A stretch of 64,000 nucleotides of DNA, from contig JAVVEA010000004.1 of assembly GCA_032250835.1 (NCBI GenBank), forward strand, positions 64,001 to 128,000. Direction: 5' to 3'. A model generated the notes under the pieces. That model saw only the letters and a list, made by a program, of their open reading frames with translations. It was not told the DNA's origin and ran no database searches. Positions within the stretch are counted from its first letter, which is position 1. Each line of letters starts with the position of its first letter. A program made the translations under genes and the position numbers. The DNA is from a bacterium (GTDB lineage Bacteria; SAR324; XYD2-FULL-50-16). This document shows, one piece after another, positions 18,060 to 27,205 of this stretch.

Positions 18060-18199
18060 ACTTGGCTAGCTAGAGCGTGGAACGCAAAGATTGTTGGGGA
18101 AGAAAATAAGTGGGGCCGAAGGCCCCATGGCCACCATAACCAGCTATTTTTTGTTTTTCAGGCGAACTTGAGAAAACCCAGAAAGCCCCTAAAGGCAAC

Positions 18200-21100
18200 A
18201 TGAAGACACCCAACCAGCCCTGGGTTGAATGGCTCGGGCACAGCAATTTTAGTTTTTTGCAAGGCGCGGCCCACCCCGAAGAACTGCTGGACCGCGCTCT
18301 CGGCTTTGGTTACCGAGGCTTGGCGCTGACCGACTTCGACGGGCTTTACGGCACCGCCCGGCTTTGGCGTAAATGGCAGGAACGGCGGATGGACCGGCCC
18401 GAATTGGGGGCTTTCCAACTCTTTACGGGTGCCGAGGTCCATCTGAAGGCCGACCAAGACCGGCCCCTGTTGTTGCAAGAAACCCTGGCGCTGGTTGCGC
18501 TGGATGCCGAAGGCTACCACCAACTCTGCCGCCTGATCAGCCGGAGCCATTTGCAGGGCGGTAAACACCGGGCCCAAGTGGACTTGGCCGACCTATTGGC
18601 CACCCCGCCCCAAGGCTTAGCGGTGATCCAGCCGATGCGCGGGGCGCTCCGCCAAGGCAACGGAGAACCCAGCGCCGAGTTGATTGCCCGGCTGGGGGCG
18701 CTACGCGAACACTTTGGCGAGCGGTTTTTTCTGGCCCTAAGCCGCCACCTGCACGCCGCCGAAGACCGCTGGATAACGCCTACCCTGGCCCTAAGCCGCC
18801 ACCTGGGGGCTCGTCGGCTCTGTGCCCAAGACCCCTTTTTCGCCTCACCGGACCAAAAGGACCTCTCGGACTTGGTTTTGGCCATGGGGGCGAACCGTCC
18901 GATTGCCCAAATTCCGGGGCGTCTCTTCCCCAATGCCCGCCGTTGTTTGCACTCCCCCGAAGCACTGGCCAAGCTCTATAGCGGCCTGCCCGATTATGAG
19001 CAGATGCGGGAACACTCCGCCGAATTAGCCGACCAACTCAACTTCGATTTAGGCCAACTGCGATACCGTTACCCCAAGGAGATGATCCCCCAAGGCCACA
19101 GCCCCCAAAGTTACCTAGAAGAGCAGGCCCGCCAAGCCGCCGCCCGCTTGCCTAGCTCCGTAGGGGAGCAGATCGAACGGGAATTGGGGCTGATCGCCCA
19201 TTTGGGCTTTGCTGACTACTTCTTGACCGTCTGGGATATTGTCTCCTGGGCGCGGTCCCAGGGGATTGTTTGCCAAGGGCGCGGCAGTGCGGCGAACAGC
19301 GCGGTTTGTTATGCCTTGGGCATCACGGCGGTGAACCCCGCCAAGTTTGACCTGCTCTTTGAGCGGTTTATCTCCATCGAGCGCGGCGACCCGCCGGATA
19401 TTGATGTGGATTTTGAAAACGCCCGGCGTGAGGAGGTGATCCAGTACGTATACCGGCGTTATGGTCGCCAGCGGGCGGCGATGGTCTGCAATGTGGTCAC
19501 CTTCCGGGGGAGGGGCGCGCTGCGGTTTTCGGGCAAGGCCTTGGGCGTACCCGAGCCGATTTTAGACCGCGCCGCCAAGCGTAGTAAGACCTTAGAATTC
19601 CGCTCCCAGCCCAGAGGCTACCTGTTAGGGAGACTCAAAGAAGAGCTGGCTGCCGAAGGGGTGGGCATGCCCGAGCACCTCTGGGGCCTTTGGGAGCGCA
19701 TGTCCAACCGGCTCAAGGGAGCGCCCCGGCACCTTTCGATCCACTCAGGGGGCTTTATGCTCAGCGACCAAGCCATCGACCGCTTGGTGCCCCAAGAACC
19801 GGCCAGCATGCCGGGGCGCAGCGTGATCCAGTGGTGCAAGGACGACCTAGAGGCGCTGGGCTTTTTTAAGATCGACCTCTTGGCGCTGGGCATGTTGACC
19901 GCTGCCCGTAAGTCCTTTGACCTGATCGAGCGGCACTACGGGCGGGCCATGGAGCTTAAGGACATCCCCCAGGACGACCCCGCCACCTACGAGATGATCC
20001 GCCGGGCCGACACCATCGGCGTCTTCCAGATCGAGTCGGCCGCCCAGCGCGCCAGCCTGCCTTCGCTGGCGCCCCAGCATTTTTACGATCTGGTGGTGCA
20101 GGTGGCGATCATCCGGCCCGGCCCGATTTTGGCGGGGGTGAAGCACCCTTATATGCGCCGCCGCAACGGCTTAGAACCGGTTGCCTACCCACACCCGAAG
20201 CTGGAGCCCATCTTAAAGCGCACCTTCGGCACCATCATCTTCCAAGAGCAACTGATGCGTGTGGCTATGGCGGTGGGTAATTTTACGCCCGGCGAAGCGG
20301 ATCTGATCCGCAAGTCCATCGGCGGTTTTTCCTCGACCGGCAACCTCTCGCGCTGGCTACATAAGTTGATTGAAGGGATGGTACAAAATGGGATCGAGCC
20401 GCGCTTCATCAACGAGGTGATGTTGCAGATTCAAGGCTTTGCTAGTTATGGCTTCCCCGAAAGCCATGCGGCGAGCTTTGCGCTGCTGGCCTACGCCACC
20501 TCTTGGCTGAAGTGTCATTATCCGGCGGCCTTTTTTGCAGGGCTGCTCAATTCCCAGCCTATGGGTTTTTATGCGCCAGATACGCTGATCAAGACCGCCG
20601 CCAAGGCGGGGGTGGAGATCCGGCCTATTTCGGTCCGGTATTCGGGCTGGGAGGCGGATTTGGAGCGGAGCGAGAGCGGGCCTTTGGCGCTGCGTTTGGG
20701 GATGAACGGGGTCAAGGGGTTGAGCGAGTCGGTGGCCCGGCGGATTGTGGCCGCGCGGAGCCCGGCAGCTCCTTGGCGGCGGCTGGAAGACTTTTTGGCC
20801 CAGGTGCCGCTGGAGCGCGACCAACTCAGCGCCTTGGCGGCGGCCAACGCCCTGGCCGATCTGGGGGCCCAGCGGCGTCCCGCGCTCTGGCGGGCCGAGG
20901 CCCCGCTTTATGACCATAGGCTCAGCTACCTACCCCACCCGGCCGAAGTAGAGGCCCCGGTGCCCTTTGGCCTTGAGGGGGAAATGGAGGCAGTGGAGCT
21001 GGACTACCGCGCCACCGGAACCAGCCTGGGTCGGCATATGGCCGAGCTGATCAAGGAACAGGCCTGGGTCTATCCGGTACCCACCGAGCAACTGGCCGGT

Positions 21101-21460
21101 TTTGGCCAGTTGGACCGCTTCCGCCCCGGTGCCTTGGTGCCGGTCTTTGGGATGGTGCTGGTCAAGCAGTCGCCCGGTACGGCCAAGGGGATGTTGTTCA
21201 TCACCTTAGAAGACGAGGCGGGCACCCTGCAATTAGCGGTAACGCCTCAGGTTTACGCCCTATTTGCTTCGGTTATCGACCGGCAATCCTTTCTTTGTGC
21301 CTATGGGAAACTGCAAGTCCGCGACGGGAGTTACGCCCTGTTGGCCACCCGGTTCTTTGATCCAGACCACCAGTTGGCCAGGGTATTACCGCTGAAGGAC
21401 CAGCGACGCTTGGCCTCGGCCCAGGAAAACCCCTTCAAGGGGATAAGAAGCTATATGTAA
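18200..21460 (+). CDS. dnaE2: Error-prone DNA polymerase DnaE2 (ImuC)
   Basis: HSNFSFLQGA, GRGSAANSAVCY, PPDIDVDFE, GVFQIES, YGFPESHAASFA, LNSQPMGFY, FITLEDE. Confidence 0.96.
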   Translation: MKTPNQPWVEWLGHSNFSFLQGAAHPEELLDRALGFGYRGLALTDFDGLYGTARLWRKWQERRMDRPELGAFQLFTGAEVHLKADQDRPLLLQETLALVALDAEGYHQLCRLISRSHLQGGKHRAQVDLADLLATPPQGLAVIQPMRGALRQGNGEPSAELIARLGALREHFGERFFLALSRHLHAAEDRWITPTLALSRHLGARRLCAQDPFFASPDQKDLSDLVLAMGANRPIAQIPGRLFPNARRCLHSPEALAKLYSGLPDYEQMREHSAELADQLNFDLGQLRYRYPKEMIPQGHSPQSYLEEQARQAAARLPSSVGEQIERELGLIAHLGFADYFLTVWDIVSWARSQGIVCQGRGSAANSAVCYALGITAVNPAKFDLLFERFISIERGDPPDIDVDFENARREEVIQYVYRRYGRQRAAMVCNVVTFRGRGALRFSGKALGVPEPILDRAAKRSKTLEFRSQPRGYLLGRLKEELAAEGVGMPEHLWGLWERMSNRLKGAPRHLSIHSGGFMLSDQAIDRLVPQEPASMPGRSVIQWCKDDLEALGFFKIDLLALGMLTAARKSFDLIERHYGRAMELKDIPQDDPATYEMIRRADTIGVFQIESAAQRASLPSLAPQHFYDLVVQVAIIRPGPILAGVKHPYMRRRNGLEPVAYPHPKLEPILKRTFGTIIFQEQLMRVAMAVGNFTPGEADLIRKSIGGFSSTGNLSRWLHKLIEGMVQNGIEPRFINEVMLQIQGFASYGFPESHAASFALLAYATSWLKCHYPAAFFAGLLNSQPMGFYAPDTLIKTAAKAGVEIRPISVRYSGWEADLERSESGPLALRLGMNGVKGLSESVARRIVAARSPAAPWRRLEDFLAQVPLERDQLSALAAANALADLGAQRRPALWRAEAPLYDHRLSYLPHPAEVEAPVPFGLEGEMEAVELDYRATGTSLGRHMAELIKEQAWVYPVPTEQLAGFGQLDRFRPGALVPVFGMVLVKQSPGTAKGMLFITLEDEAGTLQLAVTPQVYALFASVIDRQSFLCAYGKLQVRDGSYALLATRFFDPDHQLARVLPLKDQRRLASAQENPFKGIRSYM

Positions 21461-21548
21461 TATTTAGTACAATAAGCTAAGGAAAAGTCCCGAAGGAAAA
21501 TAGCGTCAGGGACTTACCGGATTGCCTAGTTGCGTTTAAGGTGGCAAA

Positions 21549-23279
21549 GTGAAAGCGAAAGGAATGTCCCAGGAGGAGGGGGCCCCCATGTTAGCAGCGG
21601 CGATCTTACCAGCCAGCAAGAAAAAGAAGGCGGAGCAGTTGGTGATCGAAGGTCTGGTTAAGTTAGACAACCAGAACAACGATCAAGCCAGGCAAAGCTT
21701 CCGTCAGGCCATTTTATTGGGCCGTGAAAAGATTGCGCCTTATATGCTCAACCTCTTCAACGGCTTCATGCAAAACCAGCGCTGGCCCGACGCACTGGCC
21801 ATCGGCAAGCCTCTATCCACCTTCTTCGAACAGGACCCTAAGCTCTATAACCAGCTAGGCAACCTGTACCGCCGCCTGGGTGAGTTCGAAGAGGCCCAAA
21901 AACACTACAAAAAATCGATCCAGATCAACAAAAAATTTGATCTGCCCTACCTCAATCTGGCGGCCTTGGGGGCCAAGGTGGACGCCTTTGATGAGGACAT
22001 CAAGCCGCTGATCGAGCGGTTTAAGAAGATCAAAGAATTTGTTTTGCCCCAGTATGAAGGCGGGCGCAACATGTTGGGCCTGTTGGCGCGCGAGGTCTTG
22101 GTCGAGATGGGCGACCCCCACGCGCTAGAAGCTAATGAGCCCGCCCAACTGGTTGAGTTGGCCGATATTGAAGAGATGGTCGAGGCGTTACAAAACCGTG
22201 CCTTAGAGGCGTTGGACATGGCCACCGATAGCATCGGCATTGAGGCGGCGAACAAACATTTGGCCAACTTGGTGATCTATTCGCTGCACCATAAAAAGCT
22301 AGAGCACGCCCAGGATGGGCTCAAGCATATGGAGCGCATCGGCATCACCTACCATTACGCCCAACTGCTGCGGGCCATCTATCTAGCCTACCGCGACGAG
22401 CTTGAAGAGGCCGCCCTGATTTTACGGGCCGAACAGGCGGCCAAGCCGATGGACCGATACTATGCGACCAATCTAGGCCTCGTCTACCGCCTGATGAAGC
22501 GCCACCACCAAGCCAGCGTCTTCTTGATCCGGGCTGGGCATTTGCTTAAAATGTCCCATGGTTTTTATTCCGGCGAAGAGATCGAGCGGTTGGCTCGGGA
22601 ATTTTACCAGGAACGTAAATTCCAAGAGGCCTTGGGCCTGTTCCAGATCATCGCCCAAACCGAACCAGAACCGCGTATTTGGCGGGCCATGGCGCGTTGT
22701 TCTTACTTCCAGCAGCGCTTCGGTCAGTCTTATAAGCTGATGAAAGACGGTCTAGAGCAGACCCCAGCAGAGCAAAGGCCTGAATATGAAGCCAAGGCCC
22801 AGGCTTTTTATCTCGAAGAGGCCACCAAAGCGGCCCAGTCAAAGCGCGGTGATAAGGTATTGACGCTGATCGAATATGCCCTGCACTTCAAACGCGACCC
22901 CGAAGGGCTGCTGCAAGCCAGCAAGCTGGCCTACCAAGTCAGCGACAGCTTTAAGTCGGCGGCTTATTTAGAGGAATACCACGAACTGCTGGGCAACGAC
23001 AAAGTGGACCAGCGAGAACAAAAGCGGTTGCGTTACATCCAATTGGCCAAAGAATATTTGGCTAAAAAGGAATACCAATCGGCGATCCACCACTTTGAGT
23101 TGGCCTTTGACATGAAGTTGGACAAAGACGTCTTTGTCTTCCTCGCTTCCATCTACAAACGATTTAAACACCAACGGGCCTTGACTAGCTTAATGCAACG
23201 TTGGAAGTGGATGCTTGAACAAGAAAAAGAGCGCCAAATGGCCGCCGAAATGCGCGCCACCAACGAGGCCAGCGAATAG
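21549..23279 (+). CDS. Tetratricopeptide-repeat protein
   Basis: TPR patterns such as YNQLGNLYRRLGEFEEAQKHYKKSI; start codon uncertain. Confidence 0.85.
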   Translation: MKAKGMSQEEGAPMLAAAILPASKKKKAEQLVIEGLVKLDNQNNDQARQSFRQAILLGREKIAPYMLNLFNGFMQNQRWPDALAIGKPLSTFFEQDPKLYNQLGNLYRRLGEFEEAQKHYKKSIQINKKFDLPYLNLAALGAKVDAFDEDIKPLIERFKKIKEFVLPQYEGGRNMLGLLAREVLVEMGDPHALEANEPAQLVELADIEEMVEALQNRALEALDMATDSIGIEAANKHLANLVIYSLHHKKLEHAQDGLKHMERIGITYHYAQLLRAIYLAYRDELEEAALILRAEQAAKPMDRYYATNLGLVYRLMKRHHQASVFLIRAGHLLKMSHGFYSGEEIERLAREFYQERKFQEALGLFQIIAQTEPEPRIWRAMARCSYFQQRFGQSYKLMKDGLEQTPAEQRPEYEAKAQAFYLEEATKAAQSKRGDKVLTLIEYALHFKRDPEGLLQASKLAYQVSDSFKSAAYLEEYHELLGNDKVDQREQKRLRYIQLAKEYLAKKEYQSAIHHFELAFDMKLDKDVFVFLASIYKRFKHQRALTSLMQRWKWMLEQEKERQMAAEMRATNEASE

Positions 23280-23398
23280 GCCATCGGCTTAGGCCTCAAG
23301 AACCTAGACAAGGGACTATAAACCTTTTACCTTCAATTTGACCTGCCCAATGCGCCTAACCGCATGTTGGCAACCTGTTGAATTGATATATTAAGTCC

Positions 23399-23896
23399 AT
23401 GTCTCAACCGACCGATATCCCTGCCGAACGCTACGATCTGCGCATTCTCCAATCGCTGCGCCGCATCATCCACGCGGTGGACCAACATTCCAAAAAACTA
23501 AAATCCCAGACGGACCTGACCGCGCCCCAGTTGGTTTGCTTGGGCCAAATTGCCGCCCAAGGGCCTGTGAGTGTTGCTCATTTGGCCAAGGCGGTCTTTT
23601 TGAGCGCCAGTACCGTAGTGGGCATATTGGACCGCTTGGAGCTTAAAGGGTTGGTGCAACGTGCACGCGACCTTAAAGACCGCCGGGTGGTTTGGGTCAG
23701 TTTGACTGAGGCTGGCCAAAGCTTCGCTAAGACCGCGCCTTCCCCCCTGCAAGACAAACTTTCAGACCGCTTAGGGGATTTGCAGCGGGACCAGCAATTG
23801 GCTATTTGCCAGTCCTTAGAGCGGATCGTTGAATTGATGGAAGCCACCGGCATCGACGCTTCGCCTCTGCTGATCACCGAAAAAAAACCCAGCTGA
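23399..23896 (+). CDS. MarR-family regulator (EctR-like)
   Basis: ILQSLRRII, LTAPQL, STVVGILDRLELKGLVQR...DRR. Confidence 0.9.
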   Translation: MSQPTDIPAERYDLRILQSLRRIIHAVDQHSKKLKSQTDLTAPQLVCLGQIAAQGPVSVAHLAKAVFLSASTVVGILDRLELKGLVQRARDLKDRRVVWVSLTEAGQSFAKTAPSPLQDKLSDRLGDLQRDQQLAICQSLERIVELMEATGIDASPLLITEKKPS

Positions 23897-24044
23897 AAGG
23901 GGGCGATAACATGGCCGGATTTCAAGGAGCGGGCGGCTTCAAACCCTGTAGCCGCTAAATAGCGCCAGGCCAATAAGTCATTAGAAGCTAATAATACCAA
24001 ACAGATGAGTGATTTGTATTAAACCCAATGGATCTAAGGCCCTG

Positions 24045-25175
24045 ATGCAAGACGGAATTTTCCTAATCCAAAAAGGTGGGGAACTGCTTAAGCTCCAAGC
24101 AGCGGACTACGACACCGAAGATGTTTTGCAGGCCCTGCTTGCCAAGTATCCCGAGTTGATCCCAGGTGAGCAGATCAACGGAACCGACCCGCGTAGGTGG
24201 CTTTTGATTGACCGCGAAGTGGGCGTTCCTGGCGAGGAAAAAGGAGGTAATCGCTGGGCCTTGGATCATCTTTTTGTGGACCAAGACGCTATCCCTACCC
24301 TTATTGAGATCAAGCGTAGTAGTGACACCCGCATCCGCCGCGAGGTGGTGGGGCAAATGCTCGACTATGCGGCCAACGCCGTGGTTTACTGGCCCATCGA
24401 GAAAATCCGTTCTACCTTCGAGACCCGTTGCGCAGCTGAGGGCGCTGAGCCGGAAGAGGTTTTGAGCGGTTTTCTTGGTAGCGAAGAAACCGAAACCTTC
24501 TGGGAGCAGCTAGCCACCAACCTAGGGGCGGGAAAAGTCCGACTGCTGTTTGTTGCGGACCAAATCCCTGATGAGCTCAAGCGCATCGTTGAGTTCCTCA
24601 ACGAGCAAATGAGCCCCGCCGAAGTGCTGGCCGTAGCGATCCCTCAATATGTGGGCGAAGGGCTGCAAACCTTGGTGCCCCAGGTGATCGGCAAGACCGC
24701 CAAGGGCACGGACCGGAAGGCCCGCCGCCGGACCGGTGGGAACAAGTGGGATGAAGACAGCTTTTTCGATGCTATCACGGCCACTAGAGGCCCCGAAGAA
24801 GCAGGTATTGCCCGAGAGCTATTGAACTGGATTGGAACCTTGGTATCCCGCATTTGGTGGGGCGAAGGCAGCCAAACGGGCTCTTTCGTGCCCGTATTGG
24901 AGCATGGAGGAAAGAAGCACTACCCCTTTAGCGCCTGGACCTCGGGCAAGCTCGAAATCCCCTTTAGCTCCCATAAGGCCAAACCACCTTTTGAAAATGA
25001 GACTTTACGCCAAGAGCTCAAGGAACGTTTTGACCGCATCCCTAGCGTTGAAATCCCCCCGGACAAGATTGGCGCAAACCCCGGCATTCCTATGGAAAAG
25101 CTATTAACACCCGATGGATTGGCCGCCTTTAAGCAAGCCGTTGTCTGGTATATTGAGCAAGTTAAGCGGAGCTAA
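24045..25175 (+). CDS. PD-(D/E)xK endonuclease, NucS/RecB-like, with C-terminal extra domain
   Basis: EDVLQ, LDHLFVD...IEIKR, GQMLDYA (QxxxY). Confidence 0.75.
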   Translation: MQDGIFLIQKGGELLKLQAADYDTEDVLQALLAKYPELIPGEQINGTDPRRWLLIDREVGVPGEEKGGNRWALDHLFVDQDAIPTLIEIKRSSDTRIRREVVGQMLDYAANAVVYWPIEKIRSTFETRCAAEGAEPEEVLSGFLGSEETETFWEQLATNLGAGKVRLLFVADQIPDELKRIVEFLNEQMSPAEVLAVAIPQYVGEGLQTLVPQVIGKTAKGTDRKARRRTGGNKWDEDSFFDAITATRGPEEAGIARELLNWIGTLVSRIWWGEGSQTGSFVPVLEHGGKKHYPFSAWTSGKLEIPFSSHKAKPPFENETLRQELKERFDRIPSVEIPPDKIGANPGIPMEKLLTPDGLAAFKQAVVWYIEQVKRS

Positions 25176-25320
25176 ACAAACCCTTTTCCTGGCAGGCCCC
25201 AAGGCGGAGCCTACATGTCTGCGGGATGCCTCGAATCTTAAGGCTTAGCGGTCAAAAAGCTTGAGTCAGGCTGGTCTATTAGGTAAGATGAGTTTGCACC
25301 CATCTTGCCCGTAAGAGAAT

Positions 25321-26226
25321 ATGCGCCCGATCTTGATCATCGACGACAGCCCGTCGGTCCAAAATATTCTAAAACGCCTGTTGTCCCCCTTGGAGCGGCC
25401 CATTCAGCTGGCCAGCAACGGGGTCGAGGGGTTGCGTGCCGCGGCTAGTGATTTTCCGGGCTTGATTACCTTGGACCTAAACATGCCCCAGCTCAATGGG
25501 GCTTCGGTACTCAAGGCGATGGACCTGCTCAACTTACGCATTCCGGTGTTGTTGATCACGGGCTCGGCGGTATCGGCCGGAAAGTTCCAGCGCTTTTCGA
25601 ATCTCGCCGGGTTTTGCCTTAAGTCCGAGTTGCGCGAACGGCTCTTACCGATGGCTCAAGAGGCGCTTAAAGACGACCGCAGCCGCATCTATGCGGATCT
25701 AGATTTCCCTTTAGACCAAGACGAATTGTTTTCTTTGCTGGCCCCGCGCGAGCGCAAGCGGATTTTGTTGGTCGATGATTCCCAGACCATGCTCAACCTA
25801 TTCACCCGCGAACTTTCGCGCACCGGCTTATACGATCTCTTTACGGCCCACAACGGGCAAGAGGGCTTGATGAAAGCGGCGATGCTGCGCCCCGACCTGA
25901 TCCTCTGCGATGTGGACATGCCCCAATTGGACGGTCCTTCGATGGCCCAGATGCTGTATATCATGGGCCACCCCTTCCCCATTTTGTTTATCAGCGCCAT
26001 CCAGGACCGCGAAGTGGTCGAGCGGGCCCGTAGCCTCAAGGCGGTGCAGGGTTATTTGGATAAAGAGCGGTTGTTGTCAGAACCCGAAGAATTACACCGC
26101 CAGCTAGAAAGTTTCTTAAAGATCGGGGAAGCCGAGCGGGTCGCCTGGAATCAGGCCTACCAAAAAGTGGATTTGGACCGCTTGGTACGGGCCGTTCAAG
26201 GTGGCTTGATTGAGGAGATGCCATGA
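25321..26226 (+). CDS. Tandem REC-REC response regulator without output domain
   Basis: ILIIDD..ITLDLNMP and ILLVDD..ILCDVDMP. Confidence 0.9.
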   Translation: MRPILIIDDSPSVQNILKRLLSPLERPIQLASNGVEGLRAAASDFPGLITLDLNMPQLNGASVLKAMDLLNLRIPVLLITGSAVSAGKFQRFSNLAGFCLKSELRERLLPMAQEALKDDRSRIYADLDFPLDQDELFSLLAPRERKRILLVDDSQTMLNLFTRELSRTGLYDLFTAHNGQEGLMKAAMLRPDLILCDVDMPQLDGPSMAQMLYIMGHPFPILFISAIQDREVVERARSLKAVQGYLDKERLLSEPEELHRQLESFLKIGEAERVAWNQAYQKVDLDRLVRAVQGGLIEEMP

Positions 26227-27194
26227 TGCGGACCGAACCGAACCAGCGGGCCTTATTGGTGCGCCAGCCGCCGGTGGCCGAACTGGTGATGCTAGAACAG
26301 GGGTTTCAAGTCGCCACCGCCAAGGATGCGGTCGAAGCCTTACGCCTAGCGATTGGGCACCGGCCCCATTTGATGGTCGCGCCGATGGAGTCGCCTATGC
26401 TTGGCGGGTTGGGGCTCTTGAGTCTGTTGGAATTGATCGGCTCGCCCATTCCGGTGGTCTTGACCACCCGCAACGCAGACACGGAGCACCTCCTGGGTCG
26501 CTTCGCCAACTTGCTGGCCCTGGTGCCCGAAGATCAGTTGGATCAGGGCTTAGAACAGGTAGTGCTCCACCAGCTACCCCAATACCAACAACCTAAAGCG
26601 GGTTACCATTACCGGCTCAAAGAGCATGAATGGTGCTCGCTGCTGGCCCCGAGCTCAAGGCCAAGGATTTTAGTGGCCGAGCCCTCTGAGTGGTTCCGGC
26701 GGTTGAAGCTAATGCAGTTAGACGAGTCGCGGCAGTTCCACCTTTTTTCGGCGACTGACGGGCGCGCCGCGTTGCTTAAGGCGTTATTGATCAAGCCCGA
26801 CTTGATCTTAGCGGACCTACAATTGCCCGAACTCTCGGGTCCCGAGTTGAGCCAAATTTTATATGTTTTTAACCGCCCCCACCCGATCCTCTTTTTGACG
26901 GCTGCCGAAGACCTAGAGGCCGAACGTAAGGCCCGCAATATTGAGGGCGTCTTAGGGGTGGTGAGCAAAAACCTGCTGCGTGATTCGGCGGCCTTTGTGG
27001 CCGAAATCCAGCGCAACCTCAAGTTGGCGGCAACGCTACATGACAGCCTAGAAGCGAGCTACCAACGCGGCGGGCTGGCCGGACTGCTCAAATCCGGGCC
27101 CGAGCGGGGGATTCTGAATTCCGCCACCGGCTTAACCCAACCCGGAGCGCCCTACCGCCGCAAGCGGGGGCCTACCTCCGGGACTTGGAGCTGA
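26223..27194 (+). CDS. Paralogous REC-REC protein, partly degenerate
   Basis: Colinear with the upstream gene; N-terminal REC lacks acidic residues; second REC has ILADLQLP. Confidence 0.82.
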   Translation: MMRTEPNQRALLVRQPPVAELVMLEQGFQVATAKDAVEALRLAIGHRPHLMVAPMESPMLGGLGLLSLLELIGSPIPVVLTTRNADTEHLLGRFANLLALVPEDQLDQGLEQVVLHQLPQYQQPKAGYHYRLKEHEWCSLLAPSSRPRILVAEPSEWFRRLKLMQLDESRQFHLFSATDGRAALLKALLIKPDLILADLQLPELSGPELSQILYVFNRPHPILFLTAAEDLEAERKARNIEGVLGVVSKNLLRDSAAFVAEIQRNLKLAATLHDSLEASYQRGGLAGLLKSGPERGILNSATGLTQPGAPYRRKRGPTSGTWS

Positions 27195-27205
27195 GGCTTG
27201 CTGGG

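Noticed and set aside
16851-18199. CRISPR array or integron attC array
   Set aside because: Repeats are long, nested and in mixed orientation without regular spacers; no cas or intI, no cassette ORFs, no proper RYYYAAC..GTTRRRY pairs.
23897-23970. tRNA-like sequence after marR
   Set aside because: Only a simple hairpin (GCGGCT..AGCCGC); no cloverleaf or T-loop consensus.
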